From assembly GCF_001194135.2 (NCBI RefSeq), contig NC_068984.1, positions 55,886,663 through 55,950,662 of the forward strand: a stretch of 64,000 nt of DNA. Direction: 5' to 3'. Below the pieces are notes generated by a model. The model had not been told where the DNA came from, did not search any database, and worked only from the letters and a program-made list of their open reading frames with translations. A program made the position numbers and the translations under genes. Each line of letters opens with the position of its first letter. Position 1 is the stretch's first letter. Positions 1 to 13,500 of this stretch are shown here, in pieces. The DNA is from Octopus bimaculoides (taxonomy: Eukaryota).

Positions 1-56
1 TATATACTATATATAAACATATACGTACGTGCATTCATACATATACATATAGATAT

Positions 57-68
57 ATAGGTAGATAA

Positions 69-130
<62 letters not shown>
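57..130. repeat. (GATA)n microsatellite
   Basis: Direct tetranucleotide run. Confidence 0.97.
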
Positions 131-757
131 GCGCATATGAATTGTATACCTACATACAAATACGTACATGTGTGTGTGTGTGTGTGTGTGTCTGTGTGGT
201 ATGTACAAACAAATATCTGCCTGACAAGTTGCTAAATTAACCTGGTAATAAAAAATATATATAAACTAATATCAAAAGCAAAGAGGCGTGCTAAAAAAAA
301 CACTGAAACACTGATAAGAACCAAAAGTGTAATTAGTTTTCTTCCATGTCTCTAAAATCTATTTCAAATATTAGATATGATACGTAGATGTATTAAAAAG
401 AAAGATATTCATTGGATATTTTGAAAGTAATTCTTATACTGAAGCAATGTAACACTAAATGTTTAATCACTTGTATCTGTGAAATCCGTATAAAAATTTC
501 TACTTTTGGAGAAAATATTTAAAACAGTAAGAAATATGGAAATATCCAAATTTAAATTTTCACTTTAATGTTATTATTCTTTTTCCATAATGCAAATGCA
601 ATCATACAAAAAATTTCTTAATAAATATTAATAATTCATAAACAGACTTTTCTCATTAGATAATAAAGTCTGATAGGTGAGAAGATATGTTTTAAATAGT
701 TGATCACAATTGTATATTTGATAATCCCGAGAGTATCTTGCAAGTAAAGCTATTTTA

Positions 758-847
758 GATAGATAGATAGATAGATAGATAGATACATACATACATACAT
801 ACATACATACATACATACATACATACATACATACATACATACATACA
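758..847. repeat. Compound (GATA)n(CATA)n microsatellite
   Basis: Direct; explains the MYVC-repeat ORF 628..840. Confidence 0.97.
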
Positions 848-1660
848 TTTGATTTTTTTCTTATTTGTATATTCTAGTCTCAGAAGATAGAAATAACTAG
901 ATTGATAAAATAGAAAATTTACATTGAACAACGATTTCAGAGCTTATTTTATTCATAAGTAAATTAGTTTGAAAATATATCACCAATTCTTGCCTTTCAC
1001 AAGTCACAATGAGTGTTTTCCCTAGGTATGACATTTAAAAAGTTGTCTTTTTTTTGTTTTTTTGCTTTTTCTGCTTTTTCAAAACCTTTTCACTGAATAA
1101 CATTGCCTATTTTTAACCATCACTGATCGAAATAGCAACTCTATTGCTTTGATCAGATTTTGCAGAATCATAATAATAACAACACTATCAATTATGATTT
1201 CTTACTCAGTAGCAGCACTTCCGATTGATATCGATTCTGCCACTCAATACAGAAATCTTATCAGCGTTGCTAAGTAAATAATATTCTAAATTATTTTTCT
1301 TGTTTGATTGTTTTTCTTCTCTACCAAAATATTATCTTATTTTGATATTGCATAATAACTTCTGAATAGAATACTCTGATAATCAAAAGCATTTCAGCTA
1401 TATTTACGAATAACTGACTGAATTCGATGAGACTAATCTACTAATTGATGTTTACCTTCTCGCTACCAGTGATTAGATAGTTAAAACTTACTGAGCCACC
1501 TCGACAAAACGTTAACTGGTATATTCTACGAATAATTATAACTCATCGCCATAAGAAGCAGAATTAATGTTAAATTCTAATACTAAGTTCAATCTCTCGA
1601 TCAAGGCTAAAAGTGGTTAAAAAAGCTGCTCTAGTATTCAGCTCACTAATAACGATCCTG

Positions 1661-1860
1661 AAGCAGTGAGCTAACAGAACCGTTAGTGCATCATATAGAA
1701 CGTTTAGCGGCATTTCGTCCGACTCATTACGTTCTGAGTTCAAATACAGCAGAGGTCAACTTTGCCTTTCATTCTTTCCGGGTTGATAAAATAAGTACCA
1801 GTTGAGCACTAGGGTCGATGTAATCGACTATCCTCCTCATCCAAAATTTTAAACCTCGGT
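1661..1860 (+). mobile_element. tRNA-derived SINE, family D (diverged copy)
   Basis: B-box-like GAGTTCAAAT, then GCCTTTCATTCTTTCCGGGTTGATAAAATAAGTACCAG and GGGTCGATGTAATCGAC; aligns with 29821-30050 and 32376-32607. Confidence 0.9.
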
Positions 1861-2182
1861 CCTAAAGACTTAATAGCAGTCCTAATTGTATGGGCTAACA
1901 GTGGTGGAGCTGTCATTCTGGTATTTACTCTATACGATGGCTGGTATGTGGAATTTTACATTTGGCATGAAAATCCTCGTGCACATGTCGTTAACGGTAG
2001 GTAGATGATTATATTGGCTACAAGTCGAGTATTGTGGGGTTCTGTAACATATTATATAGAGTACAAAGACTATTGTACTCGAGTATTTCTTTATATTATA
2101 TTTAGTACTGTATTTTCAGTATTGGTCTATATTGTTGACATAGAAAATAAAACCTATATGAATACGTCCTGTTTTAATTTAC

Positions 2183-2300
2183 CTTATTATTATTATTATT
2201 ATTATTATTGTTGTTGTTGTTGTTGTTGCTGTTGTTGTTTTTATTGCTGCTGCTGCTATTGATGTTGCTATTGTTGCTGTTGCTGCTGCTGTTGTTGTTT
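2183..2300. repeat. Compound (TAT)n(TGT)n(TGC)n trinucleotide repeat
   Basis: Direct; explains the poly-Y/poly-C ORF 2005..2262. Confidence 0.95.
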
Positions 2301-2805
2301 TATTAGAATGATTGCATCGAAAATAATTTTTTTCCTTCATTCATCGTTGGTGAACGTAGCCTACAAGAACTGATGTCATCTGACAGTGACCCACGATCAT
2401 TAGGTATTCCTACCCTGCAGCGTAACAGCCTCATGTTGCTGGTACTGCAGCCAAATCACTACTCAGCTTCTCTTAGATTCCAAATTAGCTCCTTTCTTTT
2501 GTTCCATAACCAACAAGAGACGTGTTGCTATCCCACCTATAGTGCGCGCAACTGCGTTTGTCTTTCTTCTTTTCATTCTAATGACGGTATACCATTCGCA
2601 TACTGACTGGGCAAGGAATCCTATACATCCAATCTACATATGAAGAATGGATGCCTTATTCATAGAGGCAGATTTACAGATTATTCAATGCGTCGAAAAT
2701 ACTTAAATATATGCAATGCGTCAATTTGATCAATTAAAACACTTGAAGGCGAGTGCCTCTGCAAAACCTAGTTTCAATGACTGAAAACAGTAAAGAATGT
2801 GTGTG

Positions 2806-2808
<3 letters not shown>

Positions 2809-2874
<66 letters not shown>

Positions 2875-2925
2875 GCGTGCGTGCGCATGCATGCGTGCGT
2901 GCATGCGTGCGTGTGTGTGTGTGTG
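2809..2925. repeat. (GT)n/(GTGC)n microsatellite
   Basis: Direct. Confidence 0.97.
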
Positions 2926-3061
2926 AATAAGAAACCCAACGCTAAAACATCAACAAAAGTCAATTAGATGTACACAATGAGTATATTAGATTGACGGCCA
3001 GTGAAAGTTTCAGAAAAAATAATGGAAATGACGGTTAGAGCATGCCTCTTCGTCGGAAAGA

Positions 3062-3157
3062 GGAAAATGTCCAGAGAGGGGGAAAATGTCCAGAGAGGAG
3101 GAAAATGTCCAGAGAAGGAGTAGACAATCCAGAGAAGGAGTAGACAATCCAGAGAAG
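3062..3157. repeat. 19-20 bp minisatellite, 5 units of two variants
   Basis: GGAAAATGTCCAGAGAGG x3 (period 19), then GTAGACAATCCAGAGAAG x2 (period 20); shared core TCCAGAGA. Confidence 0.9.
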
Positions 3158-5677
3158 AGTACATGTGTCGTTGCATAACAGAAATGAGAGGTAAGAATAG
3201 GAGCAGCGTACGGAAGGGGGTTGAAGAAAGGTGAAAGATCACAAACGAATTAAAATGATTCCCAATCAAAGGCATAGAATCGAAGTGGTCTGAGGAAGTT
3301 CAGAAATGTAACGTAATCCAAGTGTAAATGTAACCCAACAATTAAGTGTTCCAGATCATCGTCGGAACGAAGTAGAAAAATCGTCTGAGCGTGCAATAAC
3401 AGGCAAATCAAAAATTAAAAAAGGAATAGAAAAAGCAATATATATATATATATATATATACGATCAAATAAACTATTGGTGTCCGTCTGCGTCGCAGATC
3501 ATATTGAGTAAAATCGCCAAAACGAGTAGAGTGCACTTGCCGTGGTGAGTGGAAATTCTCATGTTTTCTATAGTGTTCTTCTTCAGAGAAAAGTTGAGAG
3601 GAGACAAATTGAAGAGAAACAACNNNNNNNNNNNNNNNNNNNNNNNNNNNNNNNNNNNNNNNNNNNNNNNNNNNNNNNNNNNNNNNNNNNNNNNNNNNNN
3701 NNNNNNNNNNNNNNNNNNNNNNNNNNNNNNNNNNNNNNNNNNNNNNNNNNNNNNNNNNNNNNNNNNNNNNNNNNNNNNNNNNNNNNNNNNNNNNNNNNNN
3801 NNNNNNNNNNNNNNNNNNNNNNNNNNNNNNNNNNNNNNNNNNNNNNNNNNNNNNNNNNNNNNNNNNNNNNNNNNNNNNNNNNNNNNNNNNNNNNNNNNNN
3901 NNNNNNNNNNNNNNNNNNNNNNNNNNNNNNNNNNNNNNNNNNNNNNNNNNNNNNNNNNNNNNNNNNNNNNNNNNNNNNNNNNNNNNNNNNNNNNNNNNNN
4001 NNNNNNNNNNNNNNNNNNNNNNNNNNNNNNNNNNNNNNNNNNNNNNNNNNNNNNNNNNNNNNNNNNNNNNNNNNNNNNNNNNNNNNNNNNNNNNNNNNNN
4101 NNNNNNNNNNNNNNNNNNNNNNNNNNNNNNNNNNNNNNNNNNNNNNNNNNNNNNNNNNNNNNNNNNNNNNNNNNNNNNNNNNNNNNNNNNNNNNNNNNNN
4201 NNNNNNNNNNNNNNNNNNNNNNNNNNNNNNNNNNNNNNNNNNNNNNNTTCGAATATCAAATATTATTTATACTTACATTTATTTCTTCTTTGACTGTACA
4301 GAATCTGAAAATCTCTGTGCATTATCTCCACTCCAACATGTGGGTACTTATATTAGACTGACGCTCAGTAAAAGTTTTAGATGAAAAGATAAGAGTGGAA
4401 ATCGTATGAGTACAAATGCAACTATATTTTTTTTCTATTTTTAGTTTCTATTTATAGAAATATATTTATGTTGTTTTTGTACTCATACGATACCATTCAG
4501 TTGTTTTACCAGAATAAACTGATCTTAGGCATGTAGTTTTACTATATTTGGGATTCGTATCATATATGGACGTCTGACTGTCTAAATACATTTAGAATGG
4601 ATGTATAATGTCATATATCTTCAGTAAAAGATTAAATAATGGAATTGTTTCCAGTGTATGTATGCCATTAAATATGATGGATACTAAATTATTATATATA
4701 GAACTTATTTCATTAACTATACTGAGGGCAAAGCAATCCAGTGAAAGAAAAATATATTAATAAATATGAACAGATAACAGATATATAAATTGATGGAGCG
4801 ACGAATAAATTGATGAACTGATAAGAAAATGCTTATAAATTGATATATATATATCGTGAGATAAAGAGGACAGAAAAGATAAATTGATGGAATGTCTTTT
4901 ATCTCAAGAAAAAGCTTTTAGAGAAGTTTTAGTAGGTTATACAGATTATATTTCCTTCCAATATTAGAATAAGTAAATTTCAATCGAGCTAACAATGATT
5001 TGACCTCGAAGTTTTCGGTTATAGCGAAGAAAGTGAGTATATACAAAGATAATTTCATTATAGATTTTCTTTCTAACGACTAACAAATATTGATCAATAT
5101 TTCTTCCATTTATGGGACTTTTCCTTCATATGTTTGCGTTCACCGAACGCGTAAATCAATTCTTTTCTAAAGATATTCTTCGACGAAGTAAACATGCGTC
5201 AGCAGTTTTTGTTGTCGTTTTGTTTTGTTTTTGTTAATATTTTCTTAACTATATTGCGTTTACTCATGATAGAAAAATCATGTGGTGTTAAAAAATTAAA
5301 ATTGATGTAGTTTTACGTTCATTTACTTTCATTTTCTGTTTCAAGCTATAAAAATATAGCTTAAAGGAAAAATAGCTGATGAAATTTTCTGAATCTAATA
5401 TGATTAACGGTATTAATGCAGCGAACACATTATTTGATGAAAATTGTTCCTTACAAACGTTTGAGGAATAATACATAGTTTTGCTTCAAGAACATCGTTC
5501 GAATTAAGCGGCAGGAAATATGAATTTGCATTCAAAAAGATCATTTATTGTAGGTTGAAAAAAAATCTCCATGTTGAAAATAGTCAGAATACTTTCATAT
5601 ATACATACATGCACACACACAAACATACACACACACACTTACATACATACATGCAAACATACATATATGCATGCATG

Positions 5678-5716
<39 letters not shown>

Positions 5717-6634
5717 GTATGCACGCAGACACATACATATATATGTGTGTGTGTGTTAACTGTCGAAAAAGGGTAGAAAATATGAAACCCACACAGCAAA
5801 TATCCAGAATTCTAACAAATAAACTGTCGTTATACTGTAACACTTTTATTAGCATAAATTTATTGATTTCATTCGGCTGACGCAGTTTTTATTCCTGTAA
5901 GTCGTGTTAACTCGTTTGAATCGAACCAATAAACTACTGTTATTAATTTTATCGACCAGCAATTTTGTGCGAGAAAAAGGACGAAGCAAATACGTTGAAG
6001 CCCCAAGCGCTTATTATTCTATATCGTCAACTTCACTATGACCTACAAGTATTCCGCTTCGAACAATGCGTGTTCAAGTGTTATACTTTTAATAACATTA
6101 ACTAGTTAACGACATCAAAACCATGGTCAAACAGCTTCAACTAACGAAACATATTCCAGTATCATGTTGTAAGGAACCTCGACTATAGAGCAAAACTGAA
6201 GACACGCTCAAAATTTTTAGCATACGAGACGTATAGATATATATATCGGATTAGAAGTCAAAACATTGCGAAAATACGGAATATTCTCGTGTCCTGCTTT
6301 TGAAATTGTAAAATACATGCAAACTAGAATGTTATAATATAAAATATATTAAGATTAATATAAACAGATATAAATTGCAGCATTGATAGGATTGAAAGAT
6401 TTGTTTTCAAATATACATTGAATTGTATAAGACCAAAATTTAATGTAAAATTCTATATCTTTTGAAAATTAATGAATCGGAAGTCAATAACTGGATGAAA
6501 TTGTATTATCTGACGATAGAGAATTAAGTCTCTGGCATATTTTGCAATTTAGGGCCCGCATTTGTCATTTTACTGCTTATTGCCGGCTCAGCCCGGATCG
6601 AACAGAGCTGGGATCAAAAACACTTCAACCATAA

Positions 6635-6636
<2 letters not shown>

Positions 6637-6694
<58 letters not shown>

Positions 6695-6765
6695 NNNNNN
6701 NNNNNNNNNNNNNNNNNNNNNNNNNNNNNNNNNNNNNNNNNNCTCTCACTCTCACTCTCTCTCTC
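6637..6765. repeat. (CT)n microsatellite spanning an N-gap
   Basis: Direct; gap 6695-6742. Confidence 0.95.
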
Positions 6766-8723
6766 ATGTTTTCTTTTTCCATCTTTCACTAATATAATTT
6801 GTCTCCCCTTCTCCCTCTTCTCTCTCTATATACATTTAATTCTCCATTCGTGTTATTACCTACCTTTATGTACGCATAACACACTGGCAAAATTAGACAG
6901 ATATAAGGAAAGCGTAGAACAATATAATAATAGTTTTACAGTGATGTACTTAACAATAGAATATAGTTTTGATCATTTCAAGAAAGCTTTACAACTTCCA
7001 TAAAATAGAATTATATGGACGATAAAAAAAACGCCTACAAAACATGTTTCTATCTTCCGACATATTGCTGAAGTATTATGTCGGCAAAGCAATATTATAT
7101 GTAGTAAAACACTATTTTGTAGCATAAAATGTATTTGTTCTTGCTCACTTAAAGGAAGAAGGCTTTTATTAGAGAGAAAGAAAGTTAATTTTATTTACAG
7201 TTATGCCAACAAAACAAAAACAAATGTTTAATGAACAAAGAAATATACGAAAAAAGACTCAAATATGGACATTTTAATTTTACAACAAGATTGTTGCAAT
7301 AACTGGATTGTTACCCTAAACTCTTAAAGTGAAGATCTCGACACCAGTTAAAGAGACTTGCTGAATAACTTTAAAATACGAAAATAGAATTTATACAAAA
7401 TGCAATACTCAAAAAACACTTTCAGTTCTCAAAAACACTATTTTTGTATTTCTACTTCAGTAATACAATGAATCCGAAGGCAAAAAGTGATCAGTAGAAA
7501 TTCTGAGTTTTATTCAAATAAAAAAAAGTATAGCATCAAAATCGAATTTTACAACAGAAACCGATGTTTTGCGGTAGAATAGAAAACATCAGTACTGTGA
7601 GGAAAATAGAGGAAACTTTTGAAGAGATAAAAATAGATATTCACTAGCTTCACTAGTATCTCTGCATAAAAATATATTTAACTTGAAGCAATGACTGGAA
7701 AAACCATGTTCAACATATCTTTGATCACAATACCTACATTCCATTTTTATGAGTTACGTTTGGATTATGCTTGTATTATAACGTACGTAATCTTATTAAC
7801 TTGAAACTTATCTCACTCAGGTGTGATAAAACGAATGAAATATCAAATGCTTGTGTTTTCTGCTTAACTTCACAACTTCTTTCAATGCCCACCACTGACT
7901 AGATTGACTTAATTAAAATCGGAAGTTTTGATATGCATGCGTTCCCCCAAAGTCATTAAAGATTGTAAGAGAAATTAAACTATTTCAATCAGTAATCAGA
8001 TCCTGATATCTGAAGTAGTTGCTTTAGTTTGCCATTTACTGTGTCTCCACGTCATGCTACTTGTAATCCAATACATGCAATCAACTGATACTGTTCAAAT
8101 AGAACTTTCTAGAAGATTGTTTTAAGTAGCTACTAACGAAACCTTTGAATCAAGTGATCATATTTCAGTACAACCTCCTATCAACCGATTTTGGTTTCAA
8201 TCTATTACAGAAAATACAAACTTGACACCCAGCCATACAGCATTCAGGTAGGGGCCTTTTAACGCATATCTCAGATTTATTATTGTTGCGGATGGAAATA
8301 AATATTCCATATAAAAATAGAATTGTAGTTGCCCTTATTACACTAAACTTCTTTGTTGAGTATAATTTTAGTTTAGCACACTGGATGAAAATAGAGTTAA
8401 CTAGTGAACTAGAGCACAGTGTATAGGTTAGTTTTCATTTATCTTAAAACACAGAATATGGTTTATATTGTATTTAACATTATTTACAGTAGTTATATAT
8501 AACTTTAGGTTAATAATGATACACTAATGCACTCTTTAAGCAATCTCCACTGCGAAACATTAGTTGAATGTTCTTTAAATTAAAACCCTCANNNNNNNNN
8601 NNNNNNNNNNNNNNNNNNNNNNNNNNNNNNNNNNNNNNNNNNNNNNNNNNNNNNNNNNNNNNNNNNNNNNNNNNNNNNNNNNNNNNNNNNNNNNNNNNNN
8701 NNNNNNNNNNNNNNNNNNNNNNN

Positions 8724-8778
<55 letters not shown>

Positions 8779-8810
8779 TGCGTGTGTGTGTGTGTCTATA
8801 TACATGTAGC

Positions 8811-9270
8811 GATGGCGCGTGGCTTAGTGGTTAGGGAATTCGGCTCACGATCGTAAGGTCGTGAGTTCGATACCCAGTAGCAAGTTGTGCCCTTAAGTAA
8901 GACACTTTATTTCACGTTACTCCTGAACATTCAACTGACAAAACTGAGTAGCACTTGTATTTCAAAGATCCAGCCTTGTCACATTCTGTGTCATGCTGAA
9001 TCTCCCTGAGAACTACAATAAGTTAGCACTTTCGTTACATCATCTTATATTGGTTTGGGGCATGTCGAAGACATTCGTTCACGATATGGCCAGTGGTTTT
9101 CCTGACTTAGTTACGGATTCGGCACAGTGGAGACACTTGCTCATTCCTTAGATAGACCCTCCAATTTGTGACTAAAGCTGTGTCTGTGGATTTCCCAACT
9201 ACTTGCACATTAATTCCATGAGCAGGCTGTTTCGTTGATCGGGTCAACTGGAATACTTGTCGTCGGAGAA
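8811..9270 (+). mobile_element. tRNA-derived SINE, family A, interrupted by about 150 bp
   Basis: A-box TGGCTTAGTGG and B-box GAGTTCGATAC; body matches 26541-26870 up to GAGAACTAC (~9018); tail resumes at ~9180 (GTGTCTGTGG...GAGCAGGCTG...GTTGATCGG). Confidence 0.9.
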
Positions 9271-9559
9271 TCGGACGCAATGATAAAGAAGTTATTTGCG
9301 CACTCATAAGGGTAATCCCATTGTAGAACACTTCGTTGAGTAACTTATACCGTAGAATCCTATCGACCCAATCTTATGTGTGAAACTGGATAAAGAGAAA
9401 GTGTTGTTGCATGTAGGATGGACTGCAACGTCTTCCTAAATATTCTTGCTAATCTTGAATACTTCTATGTCTATCTCAAAGATGTACGTTGTTCTAGCTT
9501 CAGGAAAATTCGTGAAGTATTTCTCATAGCAAAAATAACGATGATGGGGGGGGGTGAAG

Positions 9560-9860
9560 ATGATGATGATGATTTTAAACATAAACAAAAGCATAAAAGC
9601 CATGACCCTTTACAAGGTCTCTACGACGGAAGGTGGGGAGAAAGGAGGTATGTTGAAACTGGTGACTTGGCCCGAACATTTTTCAACTGAGAGTACTCTG
9701 CAAAATGCCAAGCGGTGATTTCAATCCATCACCCAGTTTAATACCACCACCTAGTGCCTTGGGCTTCTTTAGCGGAGTCCATTGTGCTGCAGGCATTTGA
9801 CCCAAGTAACTGATTTGAAACTATCTCCCCACTCCCTTTCCCCAGCAGTTCCATAGGCCC
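9560..9860 (-). mobile_element. Degenerate SINE-like element, family G, with (ATC)n tail
   Basis: Exact 19-bp match (TTAAACTGGGTGATGGATT) between the reverse complement of 9723-9741 and 48935-48953; minus strand ends in ATCATCATC. Confidence 0.5.
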
Positions 9861-10106
9861 TGAATAGCGTCATAAGTACTACCTTTCCTCCTGACTAAGA
9901 GATGAAAATAATTACGAGAGCTCATAACTTTATATTCAATTCAAAAAATTATTCTACACGTGCCCCTTTCGGTTCAAACTACAATTCAAACAGTACAATC
10001 TCTGAACACCACACAGTCACTGCCCAATAAAATAATGCACCATATTCTCTGTTATGTCACCATAACAACTGGTACATATTTTATTGATCTCAAAAGGCAT
10101 AAAAAG

Positions 10107-10206
10107 AAAAGTTAACCTCAGTGGAACTTGAACTCAGAATATAAAAACAGACAAATACTGCTATGCAGTTTGTCCGGTGTGATAACCATTCTGCCAGGTC
10201 GCCGCC
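10107..10206 (-). mobile_element. SINE family D, degenerate 5' part
   Basis: Reverse complement reads GGCGGCGACCTGGCAGAA...TTCTGAGTTCAAGTTCC. Confidence 0.75.
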
Positions 10207-10286
10207 TACGTATAAACATAATAATATCAACAACAACGACAACAACAGAAACAGCAACAACAATAATAGTGAAATTAATGTACATT

Positions 10287-10480
10287 GTACAGACAGTATT
10301 AAAATCCATCAGCGAAAGCATGTTTTCTGAATGGTGTATCGATTCCAACAAATGACAATATATCTCAAAAACAAATAATGAACTGCAGAAAATATCCAAA
10401 TTTAAAGATCTGGAAACAGAGAGGACTAAATTACGGGAGGAAAACTAGATATAATCCCCATAGTAATAGTTGCTTCGAAA
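10287..10480 (+). mobile_element. R4/Dong-like non-LTR retrotransposon, restriction-like endonuclease remnant
   Basis: Frameshifted translation VSIPTNDNISQK...KISKFKDLETE..KL...IIPIVI resembles the D-x13-EK..KY.DL...IP.V.GA endonuclease motif of R4/Dong ORFs. Confidence 0.7.
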
Positions 10481-11999
10481 AGATTTTAAAAATGTACAAA
10501 TACATAACAGAAAAGCCAAAGATTTCTCAACATAGCGAATAGAATTACTTGGTACTGCATACATATTACGGAGATATTTTGAATACACTGGGGAAACTGA
10601 CAAACAAAATAAACACGGCATGTGTTAAGGCATATAGTGCTGTTCTCAATTCTGCTGTGAAAGATTGCATTACAAATAACATTACTGAAATAAAATGCTT
10701 TAGATTTTGACAATTAAAGTCAATAAATTACGGGCATATACATTCGTCTACACTGACCCCAGTACTTTACTACCATTCCTACCAATTCTTGTCATTTTGT
10801 GGTTGAGCACCAGCCAAAGTATCTTGCAGTATTTAATTATGTTCTCTTATATGCTTTTACATTCTTAGTTCACGGCAAAATTGTTTTTGAAATATCATGC
10901 TTCCGTGGTTGAGTACTATGTTGGTTTAATGCAGTATGATACAAACCCTGAAATATATTAATATATAATATGATATAGAATTATTAGAAAATGAGATCCA
11001 TCTCTTCAATTTATAGTTATTCTACATTGGAGCATTGATATATAATCTTCTTGTTTCAATGTTTATTCAGTTAAACTGACGACATGGATCAATACGCCCA
11101 ATAATTTACTTTATCATAATGCGGCCAACACAGACGATTTGCCATAGTATTCACTCTGTAAATGTATAAGCGTTCAACATTAACAATTTCAACCACTATA
11201 AAATCTAAAGAACGCTCAATATAAAAATACTATTTCGTTTTGTTTGAAAAAAAATATATTTGCTTTTTATGCTTAAAAGATTCGAAATTGGTTACAGATT
11301 TTGTCATTTCCTTTTAATTAAGTTGTGTGTCTGTACGTTACATATTCACATACATAGATCTAACTCAGCTACGCTGGAATAGATACTATTTACAACAATG
11401 TAATGAGTTTTATCAGTTACAAGTTTACCATTTCGTCTAGTCGAGCCAAATAACTAATTAAGTTTTTAATATAAAAATTAAATTTTGTTTACTAAATAGC
11501 GCCGAAGTATTTAAGCAGAGAAATACAATCATCAAATCAAACTAAGTCTACCGCTACACACAACTATACATAACTGAAAATTGGCATAAATTTTATTTCA
11601 GGAGGAAAATCTCTGAGGGACTCTTAAGGAATTTTTCTGAAAACTATGAACCTACAATATTATCAGTTCTGGGAAATGAGAATGACCACAGAATGCTTCG
11701 CGATATTAATAATAAGAAAAGATTTCCCAATCACATTTGAACATATCACATTATTTTCAGCTGCCTTTTAAATTGCATGTTCTTTAGTTTTTTTGTTTGT
11801 TTGTTTGTTTGTTTGTTTTGTTTTGCTTTTCTTTTGTGGGTGGAGGCTGCCGTCTATAATTGAAATTTCCTCGAACTTTGCATTGGTCATTTTTCTATTT
11901 CTGTCGTTTTCCCTCCTGGTTGTATAATTTCACCTTTATAGACGATTAGTCTCGTTAGAAAAATAACGTTGTTACGTGTTAGATAGCTAAATGAATAAG

Positions 12000-12195
12000 A
12001 ACCTCTATGCAATCGCTTGCCTTGATCGAAACAGAAAACGCATTTCCTTCAAACCACGTCCTACGTTCTCAAGGAAAGGACAGATTAGACAACATAGCCC
12101 ATTATGTACGGAAAAAACAAAATGGTGATTGGTAGGATTTTGGGGGTTGTGGGTCTACTCGATCAGAGATGATATTTGTCTGAGCAACAACATTG
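12000..12195. mobile_element. Dispersed repeat family F (opposite orientation to 35862-36069)
   Basis: Reverse complement contains GTTGTTGCTCAG...CTGATCGAGTAGAC and GTGGTTTGAAGGAAATGCG...CAAGGCAAGCGA, matching other F copies. Confidence 0.6.
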
Positions 12196-12849
12196 TTAAC
12201 TGAAGCTTCTGTCTTATGTTACAGTGATAAAAGACTGCATTGTAAGATACGAATCTAATAGTTCGCTCTATCTGACACTCTTCAATCAATAAAATCTAAT
12301 GTCTTCTTGATGCAGTGCATCACCGATGTAGATATTCCCTTACATACATAATAATCAAGGAACTGGACATGTTTCTTCATATTTTATTACCAGTTTAAAT
12401 CAATAGGGAGATTTTTAATATTAGGTACTGTAAGTACCAGCATTTAGACATTCTCTCACTATGTACATTCTAATAACAAATTGTCGAAGAGTGGTGAATT
12501 AATTGAATCGTTACAGCATCTGAGAAAATGCATTGAAGTACTTACTTATTTCTCTTTATGTTCTAATTTCAAATCCTGTCGGAGTCAACATTACTTTTCC
12601 TTTTCAGCCGATAAAAAAAAGTACCAGTTAAAAACAGTGGTGGATTATCCGACATGTAGGAATGTGATGTGATGGATATTGGTTGCTAATTATAGTAGAT
12701 TAAAGAGGAAATTCCTTCTACCACAATGTTCCAAGATAATATTTATTTGAAACATAAGGGGGACAAGGCCTCTAATTCGGTTGTTTTCTCATATATTTGC
12801 TTTCTTTTTTAGTGGTTACACACCTGCCTCTTACACACCTGCCTCTTTC

Positions 12850-13200
12850 TCTCTGTTTCTCTCTCACTCTCTCTCTCTCTCTCTATGTATGTATGTATGT
12901 ATGTATGTATCTATCTATCTATCTATTTCTGTGGCTATCTGTTTGTCTGTCTATCTATCTATCTACCTATCTATCACACACACACACACACATATACATA
13001 CACACACACACATACACATACATACACACACACACATACACATACACACACATACACACACACACATACACACACACACACACACACACAATTTATCACA
13101 CTTTCATTCTGCTAACTGCAACTTTGCAGAATCTACATATACACACACATACACACTCACACACAAATATACACTCACAAATGCACGCGCGCACACACAT
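12850..13200. repeat. Compound (CT)(TATG)(TCTA)(CA/CATA) microsatellite tract
   Basis: Direct; source of ORFs 12781..13335, 12797..13204 and 12885..13115. Confidence 0.95.
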
Positions 13201-13394
13201 ATAGCGTATAAGTCTATCCACACCATCCATTTTTGCTGTGTTCTTGGATCTTTATTTATAGAATGCAACATGAGACGAGTTTACTCGCAACTAGCTCAAC
13301 CCTTTTCCATTTTGATGTGGAAAACAGCATTATAAGCGATCTCGTATGACTTTTCTGCTCAAATGATTCTGAGAGAAAAATCATTCCAACTCCG

Positions 13395-13500
13395 CTGCTT
13401 GACTGCTACTATATTTATCGACCGCAGAAGGATAAAATGCGAAGTTGATCTTGATGAAATTTGAACTTAAAACGCAAGAACCCAGATAAGTTATGGCAAG
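13395..13500 (-). mobile_element. SINE family D, degenerate
   Basis: TTTATCGACCGCAGAAGGATAAAATGCGAAGTTGATCTTGATGAAATTTGAAC is the reverse complement of the D central domain and B-box. Confidence 0.65.

Noticed and set aside
2404-2643. 79-codon stop-free frame (VFLPCSVTASCCWYCSQ...)
   Set aside because: No ATG, no recognisable domain and no donor site; a few such frames are expected by chance.
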